From assembly GCF_006345805.1 (NCBI RefSeq), contig NC_042998.1, positions 96,906,001 to 96,970,000 of the forward strand: a stretch of DNA of 64,000 nt. Reading direction: 5' to 3'. This document shows, piece after piece, positions 39,129 through 53,463 of the stretch; the first letter of the stretch is position 1; each line of letters opens with the position of its first letter. The stretch comes from Octopus sinensis (taxonomy: Eukaryota). Both the position numbers and the translations under genes were made by a program. The notes beneath the pieces are model-generated. The model did not search any database and had not been told where the DNA came from. It saw nothing but the letters and a program-made list of their open reading frames with translations.

Positions 39129-42100
39129 GTTGTTGTTGTTAAAAGTGATTGACGGTAGGAAAGGTATCCAATTGCAAAAACCTGCTTCACATAACAAAAC
39201 ATTTGACTAGTTTTTTTTCTCTTATTTTCTGTTGTTAGTGCCAGACATTGAAGGGCTGTGAAAGATGAAAGATGAAAGACTGCAACAGGTAGTGAAATGA
39301 AGAAACATGACAAGCGGTGAGATAAAGGAATTTTACAGGGGTGAGATGCCGAGATATGGTGGATGGTAAGATCATTGCTATCTTGTCTTAAGACTTGGGC
39401 ACACTAGGCAGTGGGTCTGGGTATAGTAGCTCATGGGTCTAGGGGCTCAATTCTGATCTATGTACGATGTGTCTTGCCATCAATAGGCAAACACTATAAG
39501 GACCCTGTGCACTGATAATTCCCCAGGGCTTATAATGCTGCTAAGACCTTGAATAAAATGGAGGAATGTAATGGGGGTTGCATGAGAGGAATGGACATGA
39601 CACATGGTGAGAGAAAGGAATATAAGTGGTCAGAAGATAAATAAACATGGCAGATGGTAAGATGAAGAAACAAGGAGGGTAGGGAGGTACAGAGTCAGTG
39701 GGTGGTGATGCGATGAAGGGATATGAGAGGTGGCAATATGAAAAAACATGTTGGGGAGAGAGATAAAGGAATGGGGTGGGTGGTGAGATGAAATTTGGTT
39801 TTGCGCCAGGATAAGGTACCTCAAAATTCTCTCTTTGTAGTGAAATAACTACAGGGACAGTTCTTGGCTAAGAGCATTCATTCACCTCCAGGTCAGTGAA
39901 TGATCTGAACATGGTAGGGTAGGTATTAAATCATGATGGTGGTGGTGCTGGTAGTAGTAGTGGTGTTAGCAGTGGGTGGGAAGTTGCAGTGGCAGTGGGA
40001 GGGTGGCAGCAGTGGTGATGTTGGTGCTATTGGTGGTGGTACTGGTGCTGGAGACAATGACAGTGACAGTGGTAGCAAACTGCAATATTTATTGACCACA
40101 TTCATCACTAGAATAAGTGGGTAAGAACATTAATTATCTAAATGTCAGTGAGTTAATATGATTATAATTTTTCTGAACCTTTATTTCTAAACTAATCGCA
40201 GTTATTCACTGTGAATCTGACAAATAAACGATCAGAATACTGACCAAGTGGATAATAATAATAACAATAATCCTTTCTACTATATGCACAAGGCCTGAAA
40301 TTTGGGCGAGGGGGATAGTTGGTTACATCAACCCCAGTGTTTCACTGGTACTTAATTTATCAACCCCGAAAGGATGAAAGGCAAAGTCAACCTCGGCAGA
40401 ATTTGAACTCAGAACATAGCAGCAGACAAAATATCACTAAGCATTTCGCCTGGCATGCTAACAATTCTGCCAGCTGCCGCCTTTAATAATAATGATAACG
40501 ATAATAATAATAACAATAAATGCCCTGATGCAGTACCAGGCAGTGGCTCTCATGGCTTCTGATCTTAACTGATTGGAAGTGTTATCATGTACATTGTTTT
40601 GTCTTGGTATAAAAGATGGGCTACAGCAAATATTCTGCTCAATACCACAGATTTGCTTGTCAGTTGTTTGACCTTAACCAGTTGAGCATGTCCCTTAGTG
40701 GCTGATGATATGTGCATCTCTGATCACGAGCAGAAATAGTGGGGGAGCATCATAGCCATGTGTTGAGAGGGATTCTTTGGGGTTTGAATAATTCACCTCT
40801 GGAAACATGGGTGTTTCATTCAACATCCTTAAACAACCCTTATTCAGGGACCTTTTGAGCGGGATGGGCTACTCGACCAGAAGAAAATTCTAACTGGGCC
40901 CCACCTGCAAGATCATGTGCAGGTTATCTTGATATGAGATCACCATATCACGCACACATGGTTGTGATGCATGTGCCTGGTGTACCCTTATCAGACGGGT
41001 AGTCATGATGAGTATATAGGGCTTCGTATATTTTACCCCAGTGTCACTTTGATGGCATGCACTGCTCTTTCACTCAATAATAATAATGAAATTATCGTGT
41101 ATAGTGCTCAGGTACACTACAACTCATCAAAGATGCCCATATACTACATAGAATTATGTACAAAAGTTAGGAAAGTGAACAGTGTATGAGTCATGATATA
41201 CATGTGTGCATGCATATGGAGAGGAGAGATATCAGGATAAGAGCAATGCTGCCATTCATTTAAAAATAAAGCTTCCTGTTTCAGATCTAGTTCAGTATTA
41301 TATACAAATCCAAGAGAGCAACCTGAAGATGAGTCTATCTTTCTGAAAAATTATAATCATATTATTACCACTAGTTTCAATATAAAGGGTCCTAGTTCAA
41401 ATCTTGTCTGGGACTATGTACACATCCAGGAATAAGATACCTGATGACACTCAGACATAATCACAGTGTAGATGTAAATACTGTAAAAATTCTTTTCATA
41501 TCTAAAAATGAGGAGAATAAACTAAGTAAGAATCAACCAACTATTAAATAATAATTTGAGCCATTTTCAGGATTTAAAAGTATTCTTTATTTCTTTCAAA
41601 CCTTGTATACTTATTTAATCCTTTAGAAAATTGATATAGGCTCATTACTTAGAGTATTTTGTAGTTTGAAAATATTAAGGGCATGTCTAGAATTTTCAGC
41701 AAGACAAATTCAGGTAAATACATGGTGTCATGTCTGATAGGAGAGAAAAATGGGTCACCTCCACTAATTCTCTTTCAATTTTGGACTTATCTTCTTGCAG
41801 CTGAATCATATTATTTGCAAATTTCTCCTGTTTGGAAAGTGGAATAGCTCCTGCATATTGTCGATGTACTTCCTGAAATTGAAAACAACACAATAAAATA
41901 ATGATTTAATCAGTAATAACTCTTTCTATAACAAAAAGAAAAATGAAATATATACCGAGTCAAAAAAAATAATTATCTATCATCATAACAATCCCTGTGC
42001 ATCATCTCATGATTGTTCATTATATAAAATCCTCATCCTCATCATTATCCTCATCATTATCATCATCATCATCATCATCGTTTAACGTCTGTTTTCCATG

Positions 42101-42653
42101 CTAGCATGGGTTGGACTGTTCGACTGGGGTCTGGGAAGCCAGGAGGCTGCACCAGGCTCCATTCTGATCTGGCAGTGTTTCTACAGCTGTATGCCCTTCC
42201 TAACGCCAACCACTCCGTGTGTGTAGTAGGTGCTTTTTATGTGTCACCAGTGCAAGGGCCTGAAGAGGCTGGCAACATCCATAATTGGATGGTGCTTTTT
42301 ACGTGCCATCAGCACGGACACCAGTCCAGCGGTGCTGGCATTGACCATGTTCAGATGGTGTTTTTTACGTGCCACCGGCACAGGTATCACAACTACAATT
42401 CCATTTCATTTAATAGAAAACAGACATATGAGGATGATGATGATTTAGAGGTTATGAGGAGGGATGGTCATGTAAGCTATATGAGCAAAGTTTTGTAAAA
42501 TGGCTATGTGATCAAGATGTTTGCTTGCAATTACATCGTTTCAGGTTCAGCTCCACTGCATAGTACCTTGGACAAGTATCTTCTACTACAGCCCCAGAAT
42601 GACTAATGCCTTGTGAGAGAATTTGGTAAACAGAAACGGTGTAGAAGCCCATC

Positions 42654-42685
<32 letters not shown>

Positions 42686-45600
42686 CTTTGTCTTTGTGGT
42701 TTGTTTATGTCCTTATAACATTTTTGGTTCAGTAAAAGGGACCCATAGAATAAGTACCAGACTTTAAAAAAATAAGTACTGGGTTTAATTTGTTCAACTA
42801 AACCCTTCAAGGTGGTGCTCCAGCATGGCTGCCTTCCAGTAATGGAAACAAGTAAAGGATAAGAAATGAAGGATGAGCAATGATGTTTATTTGTTTGTCT
42901 TAAAATATTTCTACAATTTGTTTGTGAATAGTTACCAAAATTTGTATACATATCTGAAAATAATCTTAGAATAATGCAATAAAATATAAATTCAGAGTTG
43001 AAGGTTTCTCTTGAGCAATATCTTTACTTCTCATAACTCACAAGCATAATCAGCCTCTCTCTCACTCACACACACACATATATACATACTCAGAGTGGTG
43101 TATACCTCTGAGTTTAACAAACTGTTACCATGACAACAGTTGATAGAAATTATTATATAAACAGTCTTTCATCATCATCATCATCATCGTTTAACGTCTG
43201 TTCTCCATGCTAGCATGGGTTGGACGGTTTGACCGGGGATCTGGGAAGCCAGAGGCTACACCAGGCTGCAGTCTGATCTGGCAGTGTGTCTACAGCTGGA
43301 TGCCCTTCCTAATGCCAACCACTCCGTGAATGTAGTGGGTGTTTTTTACGTGCCGCCTGCACACAGGTGTCAGGCGAGGCTGGCAACGGCCACAATTCGC
43401 ATGGTGCTTTTTACGTGCCACTGGCACAACACTAAAAGACTGAAATCTAGAACCTTGCTGTAAATTGATTTAAGTTTAACAAAAAAGACCAAATACCACT
43501 AGGCATTTCATCCACCATGCTACTGGTTCTGCCAGCTTGCCACCTTACAACTGATAATGAATAATACTGGTTATCAAATATATATATTAAATGGTAATGC
43601 AGATAAAATGATGGTAAAATAAAGTGCTCATTCTTGCAACCCTGTGCCATTTCCAGGATTCAGCCAAATGGATCAAGATATTTAAAATTTAAGAGAACAA
43701 CCTCAAAGAAGTCACATGAGGATAATGAACATATAGTAACAGCAAGGCATTGAAGACTAGCACTGTAGGCAACATTTGGGAAAATCTTCTGTATGATATG
43801 AAAGAACAATATGACAATATGATTTTGAAGGAATCAAAGCATTTTCATCATATGTTTCAGAGGAGAGACAAAACAAATGTCACAAAAGATGATGCGAGTA
43901 CAAGGGTACAGGACAAAGAGGAAAGCACTAGGTATCAAGAGTTAGCGGGAGAAATAGAAAATTAGTGTCAGAAGAGAGAGAGAGAAAATGCTGGAAATCT
44001 CAAATCACTGCTCAAGAAACCCAAACATTGTTACATAAGAATCCTTTGGTGGCCCAGTAGGCATGGGTGTTGAGAAGTAGTAATACAACTCATAGGTGAT
44101 GGTTTCAAATCTCTTCCAGAAATTACATGAGATCTAGATAAAAATTTTTATAGACGTAGGAGTAGCTGTGTGGTAAGTAGCTTGCTTACTAATCACATGG
44201 TTCTGGATTCAGTCCCACTGTGTGGCACCTTGGGTAAGTCTCTTCTACTATAGTACTGGGCTGACCAAAGCCTTGTGAGTGTACTTGGTAGACAGAAACT
44301 GAAAGAAGCCCGTTGTATATATATACATATGTATATGTACATGTTTGTCCTCCACCATTGCTTGATAACTGATGTTGGTGTGTTTACGTTCCCGTAAATT
44401 AGTGGTTCAGCAAAAGAGACTGATAGAATAAATACTAGGCTTACAAAGAATAAGTACTTGGGGGTCAATTTATTTGACTAAAATAAATAAAAGAATATGT
44501 TGACTTGTGAACAGAAACTGATGTTCAACAATACTATTAACATTATGGAAACTCATTATCTTGTAGCAGTATTAAATTATATTAATTAAGATATCTATCT
44601 ATTCAGTTCTAAAAACTACCATTTCATTAATATTTTAAAAAGAAACTAAAAAATTTTTGAATAAATTTGAAAGGCAAAGATAAAAACTCACAGATAAATT
44701 CTTCTTTAACTGTTTGATTTTATTCTGAGAGTCAATCCGAGTGTGATAAATGGTTTGGTTTTTAGCATCGATCTGTTGCTCCAGCTGAAGAATATGGGCT
44801 TCAAGTTTGTTAATTTTACGCATCTCATTTTCAAGTTTCTGAACCGCTGTTCCTTCACTGACTTGAAGTTGCACAATTTGACGGTGTAGTTTCCCTAAAA
44901 TAAAAATGATTTCCTCATTACATAAAAAAATCATCAAACTAAGGGCCAACAAGAGAGTCATTATATGACTGCTCAACTTACAAGAAATAGCAGCCAAAAT
45001 ATCCTACCATCTTAAAAGAGCTCTGAAGCATTGGACAATACAATCCTAGAGACACAATGTTTGAAAAGGAAAGATAGAATGAATACAGCTGGAAAGGTGA
45101 TCAGGGGTAAAGAGCAACAATAGTAAAAAGAAACAGCTTGTGTATCTATATATCTATTTCTGGTTAACATAAAATTTAATATATATTTTATGTCTTGTTA
45201 ATAAAATATGTAATAAAACATGACAATTCCATGAAGACTATCTGCCTTCAAATATTTGTTGGAAGATCTGAGCTGATACAGAAGGTTAAATAAAGTGTCT
45301 TAATGCATAAAGCCATAAACTTTATTTCAGCATGGAACCTACTTAAAGATGGATGGGGTAGGCCTTGAAATTCAAGTATATTTACCAAGAATACAGTTTA
45401 TAAACACTAAATTCTTTAACTGTACATATTTGTTTACAAAGGTTTCAAATCTTATGCCAGATGAATTTATGTGTCTTTGTAATATTATCGGTGAGGCCCA
45501 ATGTTCGAAGGTCGTGCTTCACCACCTCATCCCAGGTCTTCCTGGGTCTACCTCTTCCACAGGTTCCTTCTATTGCAAGGGTGTGACCCTTCCTCACACA

Positions 45601-48600
45601 GCTGTTCTCATCCATATGCAACAGATGAATATATTACATTTGTCTAATGTTGCATTATATATATATAGACTAAATTTTTTATTTAAGCATTATTTATTCT
45701 GGGCTAGCAAGAATTTATCTTGCCTAAAAATTTGATCTTATACATATCCTGGCTTCCAGCTGAATATCCTTCTGCATAAAATACCTATACTCCATAGTGC
45801 CTAGCTTCTGTTGACAGAGGGATATAAGGAAGTGGTTTTATTAAAGTGGGCATCTTAATTATTAAAAGTTTTTTTAATATTAATCTCAGGTTATGTCACA
45901 CTGATAACTTCTAAAAAGAATGAAGTAGTGTGTATTCTCTGCATCTTTTACCTTATTCCTTAATTTCAAATTCAAACTTCTAATCCCACCAAATATTATG
46001 AAGAAATTATTATCTCCCTTGTATTAACTGTCCACTAAGGCAGTGCTACTCAAAGTGGTAGTATGCTGCCAGTATGCGGTGAGTTTCCAGAAAAGAAAGA
46101 AGCAATAGCAGATAAACTGACAAAGAAGAAGCAGGCTCACCTTTCACATTAGTAAAGATTAAGATTATAAAACGCTTATGTAATATAGAATTATTTGTTT
46201 GCAAAATAAATATAAGATTTAAAAAATTCTCAACTTTTATTATATTCATTATATATACTATTTCCAGTATAAATTAATACTACTGAGAAATATTATCGGT
46301 CCCTGACACATTGGAAAAAAAACTGCTGGTACACCACAGCAGATAGTTTGAGAAGCACTGCACAAGGGGACACTTTGTGCTTAATTGTATTAAAGTTATG
46401 TTTACTTTCTCAGAAACCAGTAATTGTATGTTAAATTCATAAGAAAATGGGAAAATTTATACCTATAACAGTCTTGTCATCACTTTGAGCTTGGAAGTCA
46501 AGTAACTGTTGACGTAGTGAAAGGACTTCTTTGTCACGAGATACCTGCTGATTCTCAAATGCTAACACTTGGTAAGTCGCCACATCAGCTATTTCCTAGA
46601 AAAAAATTTTATCATTAAAGAAAAATGGAAATCATTTTTTTTTGTCAATTAATTGTAAATTTTTCAGATGTCATCATCATCATCATCATCATCGTCGTCA
46701 TTTAACATCCGCTTTCCATGCTGGCATGGGTTGGACGGTTTGACTGAGGGCTGGCAGGCCAGAAGGCTGTACCAGACTCCAATCCAATCTGGCAAAGTTT
46801 CTACAGCTGGATGCCCTTCCCAATGCCAATCACTCCAACAATGTAGTGGGTGCTTTTTACATGCCACCAGCACGAAGGCCAATCAGGCGGTACTGGCATC
46901 AACTACGCTTGAATGGTACTTTTTACGTGCCACTGGCACAGGTACCAATCAGGCAGTACTGGAAGATCCACGACAATCAGGCAATACTGGAAGATCCACG
47001 ACAACAATTTCACTTGCCTCAATAGGTCTTCACAAGCATAGTTTATTGCCCAATGATTGAAGGGTATTCTTAAATGGGTTGGTTATGCTGCACTAGCATA
47101 GGCTATGGTTATGGTCTCACTTGACTTGCCAGGTCTTTTCAAGCACAACATATCTCAGTTACTTGTCATTGCCTCGGTGAGGCACAGTGTTTGAAGGTAG
47201 TGCTTCACCACCTCATCCCAGGTTTTCCTCTTCCACATGTTTCCTCTAATGCTAGGGTGTGACACTTCCTCACACAGCTGTCCTCCTCCATACGCAACAC
47301 ATGACCATACCAGCGCAGTCGTCTCTCTTGCACACAACATCTGATGCTTCTTATATCCAACTTTTCCCTCAGGGTGCTTACACTCTGTTGTATATGCACA
47401 GACATTACACATTCAGCAGAGCATATTGGCTTCATTCTTTGCAAGCTTACGCATGTCCTCAGCAGTCACGACCCATGTAGCATGGCTGTTCACACACATG
47501 CTTCATACAGTCTACCTTTTACTCTGAGTTAGAGGCCCTTTGTCACCAGCAGAAGTAGCTCTCTGAACTTTGCCCAGGCTATTCTTATTCTAGCAGCTAC
47601 ACTTTCAGAGAATCCAGCCCCACTACTGACTTGGTCACCTAGATAATGGAAGCTATCAACTACTTCTAGTTTTTCCCCCTGGAATGTGATGGAAGTTGTT
47701 TTCTGCACATGTTCAGTGTTTATTGCTCCTGAACATTTTCCACACACAAAAACTATCCTCCCAGTTAGCCTTCCTTTGATATTGCTGCAACTTTTATATG
47801 TCAATAGCTTACACTGGGTACATCTTATGGAGTTTCTACCTATGCTTTTCTACAGATCAAGCCCATCTACCGGAGGGGATTTGTGGTTTGTCTGCCTTCC
47901 TACTTTAGTTTTTGCTAGGTTGACTCTAAGGTCCTTCGATTCTAGACCTTGCTTCCACACACAAAACTTCTCCCCTAGTTCTGATAGTGACTCAGCTATT
48001 AGAGCAAGGTCATCAGCATAGAGAAACTCCCAGGGGCATCCTGTCTTAAATTCCTCTGTTATTGCTTGGAGGACTATGATGAATAAGAGGGGCCCGAGGA
48101 CTGATCTTTGGTGGACCCCTAGATACATACAAAATTTCTAAACACAAACTACAAACTATTGTTTAGTTACGTATGTAAACATTGTGACACGTGTTCAATC
48201 TTGAATTTTCTTTAACATGGAAGAATACTAATTTAGCTGTTTAAAATAATACTAATTAAGTGGTCTAGTGGAAAATATTTCGAAAAATTAATTAATTTTG
48301 TATGATTAAAATTTAAACCAACGAGACAAAAGCAACTAGATAAAGAGAACTGGGAAATTCATCAGACCTGGGTTAAAAAATAGAGAAAGAAATAAAGAAA
48401 TAAAGATAGCATCTCTGGAGTTCTTAATTGACTTTTAAATATCTGATTGGGAGTTTTAAAACCCATCAGCCAAGAACCTTCAATTAACTCTAAGATTTTT
48501 AAACTTATAAAATAATTTTCATAATTCTCACTCTTCACTTACTTAATTATTTTTCCAGCTCATTAAATAAGTGGTCTACAGCTATTATCAAAATTAGTTT

Positions 48601-50207
48601 TTTAAAGCAACATTCAATTGGAACCTAAGATAGTACTTAACAGCAATGAATCAGAAAAGAATTTAAGATTTATTCTAAACTATACAACAAAAATCATCCA
48701 TCCATCCATCCATCCATCTATCCACCTATTCACCACTCACTATTGCTAGGCTGGGAGGATCATGGGGTTAGAGTCCTCACGCACCCCCTCCAAAGGATCC
48801 TATCAGAAGCAACTGTCGTTACACTTTCCTGTTGGATTCCCAAGTATATTCAACTGAAACTATGGATATTATCTAACCATCTTGTTCTTGGTCTATTCCT
48901 AGGCCTCCTACTGGTTGGCTTGAAGTGGAAAATTCTTGCGATTCTTTTGCAACATTGTAATCACATCTAGGTAGCACAGGCGCAGTGTGACCTCTCATTG
49001 TGGAGAAATAGTGGCTCAACTTAGGGAGACTCCCTAATATCTGAGCTACACACATTGTCAAGTAAAGTTACTCCAGAGACCCTTCAGAGGCACCCCATTT
49101 TGGCCACAAGTGAGGATAAGCATGTAAATTGAATTGAAGATAACAAGTTTAGCAAGTTCTGTTCTGCTTATTTTAACTATTCACTTCTATAGCTCTATTA
49201 CCTTAATACCACAAGGTACTTTTAATATTAGCAGTATGGCATGATGAACATTTCATACAAAGACATTTCAGGGCTGACAGAATGAGAATAATTTTTCTGA
49301 ATATTTATTCTCTGAAGTAATTAACTATTGTGCTGTTTTTAATCCATTACAAATACTTTGCTGCTTTTTCATATTTACTATTCTTCAAATATATTTGAAA
49401 CATGCTAACTACTTCTTTCTAGTTTGTCTCTGAAAATCTAGTTTTTAATTTTGTCCATCAGGAGCCATATTGTTACCCCATATCTTGTATATTTTTCTTT
49501 CAGAAATTAAAAACTGCAACTCATTCTTTTAAATGAAAACCATGGTGTCTAGTAACAGAATAGGAAATTTCTTTGAATCTCTTAAATATAGATATTTGAT
49601 TTTTGAAGAAGTAAAGATATCTTGTTCAAATCTGCTGGAATGTATTAAGAACAGATATGCAATTTTCGCTGATATCTGAAAGTAAAGTATCTTAGTAGAT
49701 AATCTAATAAAGTAAAATATAGAACAAGATCTTCAGACATTAAATTAATATTTTAAGAAAATAATTACTTTTAATTTGGAGATTTCAGCTTTCAGGCATA
49801 TTTCATTTTCTTCAAGTTCTGCAATTTTCTTACTATCTGATTCACTTACATCTTTGGTTGCTGCATCTTAAATATATCATAATTAACAAGAGAGTATAGT
49901 TAATATCATAGTTAGAGAGAGAATAAGTCGTCTGACACACTTTATAATATTGAATATACCTATAACAAAGCACATTTCTTAACACAATAAGTAATGCTTC
50001 CATTTGAATTTACATTAGCATACAGAATTATATACATCTAATTGAGTTTCAGCATATATTTTAATTTTGAAATTAAATTACAATAGCAAATGATTAAAAG
50101 TGGCATTACTTTTATTTTGAATATTACTTTGCAGTCTAAATGACTTCATGCAATTCTATATAACTTTATTTTTCATCTTTTAAGCTGAAGTTAGCCTTAT
50201 CTAGTTA

Positions 50208-50246
<39 letters not shown>

Positions 50247-53200
50247 TTTATGTCCATTTTCCAAGTTGGTAGAAAGAGAACAGTTTGACAGGATTTAATG
50301 GGTTGAAAGAATTCAATGGGTTGGAAGGATTCAATGGATCCTCCAGTGTCCTATATTTGCTATTTTTTCACCAACTACATTACAGAGTGTACTCAGTGTA
50401 TTTTCATGGCACCAGCACTATAGGGGTTGCCTTGCCATCATGAAGACTTAAGAGCCCTGCATTATCATTGTTCAGATCAATTACAAGTGTACTGGGTGCT
50501 TTTTGTCAATAAATTAAACTTTACTTTTCCAATGGATATAAAAGAAAACTCCTTCGATTATTTTTAATCTTGAATAGGATAACAGAACAAATGTAAAGGA
50601 TGAGAATATACAGAATAACTTCCAATATTGTAATCGAAAATCCTGTGGTACAAATACTTTAAAGATGGAAACACTTTAATGATGGTCCAGCATTTTTGTT
50701 TGTTGCCAGAGTGATTGATTTAATAAATGATACAGTAAACACTTAGCTTTTAAAGAGAAGTTTAATAAGTCTTTCCGGAAACAAACTCATATTTCATCAA
50801 TAGTTTTATATATTTATATAATAGTTTCAGCTTATGGCCATATCATGTTGAAAGCACCGGTTCTCGTCCGATCACCGAAGTTAGGCAACGTCAAGCATAG
50901 TTAGTACTTAGATGGGTGACTGCTTGGGAAACCTAGGTGCTGTAAGCATCACACATTTAGGCGCAGGAGTGGCTGTGTGGTAAGTAGCTTGTTACCAACC
51001 ACATGGTCCCAGGTTCAGTCCCACTGTGTGGCATCTTGGGCAAGCGTCTTCTACTATAGCCTTGGGCCAACCAAAGCCTTGTGAGTGGATTTGGTAGACA
51101 GAAACTGAAAGAAGCTCATCATATATATGTATGTATGTATATGTTTGTGTGTCTGTATTTGTTCCCCCAGCATCACTTAACAACCGATGCTAGTGTGTTT
51201 ACGTCCCCGTCACTTAGCAGTTCAGCAACAGAGACCAATAGAATAAGTACTAGGCTTACAAAGAATAAGTCCTGAGGTCAATTTGCTCAACTAAAGGCAG
51301 TGCTCCAGCATGGCCACAGTCAAATGACTGAAACAAATAATAAAAAAAAAGAATAAAAGAATATTTTGAAGGCTTCAGAAAGCATTCCTGAAGACAGTTG
51401 TAACAGCTATAAAATAGTGACATTGCTTGATATAAGCCAGTGTTGAGGTTGAAGAGAGAATACACTATATATAAATAAAAGTTGACAGAGAAATTAATAC
51501 ACAAATGAAGTTAGTTTGTTAAATGGTTCTCTCCATGCCATGAGGCACATAAGGCTGCAACATGATCTCTCCAACCAGCTGTTTTCTGTCACTGTTCTGG
51601 TTTCATTCCAGCTTCTTTTCTCGTTTCCTTTCCTTGTCAATGGTCCTTTGCCATGTGGTTTTAGGGTGCCCTGCAGCTTTTTTCCCCTCAGGCTGCCACT
51701 TTAGTGCCACCATACAATTGCTTTCTCAATTTTATCTGAGGATGAGTCCGATCGAGTTCTAGCATCTGCATCTTGTTTCATCACTGAACCTGTTGATGCC
51801 CATCATCATCTCAATTATGTCATTTCAGACGCTTTGCAGCCACTTGATGTCAAGTATTTGCCTTAAGCATGTGAATTGGAAGCAGTTGATTGGAGTTGGT
51901 GGTGTAAACACATCAGACTTGACTAATTCATGCTACCAATGAAAACAGGTCTAAAGCTATTGTTACACTGTTGATTTGCTTTTCAACAAAGTTGAGAGTG
52001 AAGAGAAATTACAATCAGAATGAATTTGATCAGGATCACATTAAATGATAGAGTATCAGAATAATTAGAGCATAAGACAAAATGCCTTGTAGTATTTAGT
52101 TACAGCCCTTTGTATTCTGAGTTCAAGTCCTACTCAAGTCAACTTTGCTTTTCATCTTTTAAGAGTGAATAAAATTATTATTAGTGCATCCATTGTTATC
52201 AACGATGATCAAGGACATCATATGGGAGAAGACGAGTCATGGTGTGTCCAGCTGTGGCCAATCAGTCCAATGCATGCTCAGAAGGTTCAGCTGCAGATCA
52301 GGCACTGGTAGTTGGCTGGGACTGAAGGCAAGAAGTTGGCTTTGGACTTGTGCAGTTTTCACCTTCTTTGTGCCCCTGTAGTCCTATTCCATTTGTAAGA
52401 AGTGGCACTTCTGTTGGTATATCTTCACCAGGCAGGGAAGTCTTGTCTTCATGTTTCCCAGGTCTCAGTGTTGACCTCAAAGCTCTTCAGTAAGGCTTTG
52501 AGTAAGTCCTTGAAGCACTTTTTGTGTCCACCTTGTATGTGCTTGCCTTCTGCCAGTTCACTGTTAAACGGTCTTTTGAGGAGTCACATGTTGGAAATGT
52601 AAGAATGATGCACCATAAATGTGAAAAGAGTTTTATAAAAGAAGAACTCATTTCTGTAAGGCACTAACAAGTTCAGGAAATTATTACTTCTGACAGCAAC
52701 ATAAGATTTCTCTCTCCCTCTGTATAAAAACAATGTAAGGAATGCAAAGTAGTGATATATTGGTAGTGAATGTGGGAGATCTACAGAAAAATATATGAGA
52801 AGAAAATGGTGGGATCTCATATCAGAATACTGGGTCTCAAAAATAAGAAGGCAAATATTGGGATGAGGAGGCAATAAACTGTTTCTATCCCATAGAAGAA
52901 AAGAAAACTGTTTAAAACAATTCTGAAGATGGAGATGACATCATTAGTTATACACAAGAACAAAAATAAGAAATACCAGTAAACTGAGCAACTCAGCAGC
53001 TTTTTATCAACAAGCATTGGAAACAATTATTTATAAAATGTGGAAGCGCTTCTTACTTGCTAACTCTTCTCGTAATTGCTCTTCAGATTTTTTATATGTA
53101 TTGTTTACTTGGGAAACCTTTGTGAAAATGAAAAACAAAAGAGGTAAAATGCAATGAAGAAAAAATTGCAAAAATATTAAATGAAAGTAAAATGAGAAAC

Positions 53201-53414
53201 ATTTCAGAAACAGAATTGCATAAAGATATAAGAAAAAAAAATTGTATAAAAATTCTAATTTAAAATTTTTACAGCCTAAAGTTCAATAAAGTAATACAAA
53301 AGTATTTTCATATACATTTTTCTGTATTCCAAAACTTATAAAGTATGAAATATTTCAATGTTATTTTCTTTAGAAGCTGACTTTATATAAGCATATCATA
53401 CATCATACATACAC

Positions 53415-53463
<49 letters not shown>

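Noticed and set aside
40700-40745. Hammerhead ribozyme (CTGATGA...GAAA)
   Set aside because: Stem II does not pair and no stem I/III partners were found by eye.
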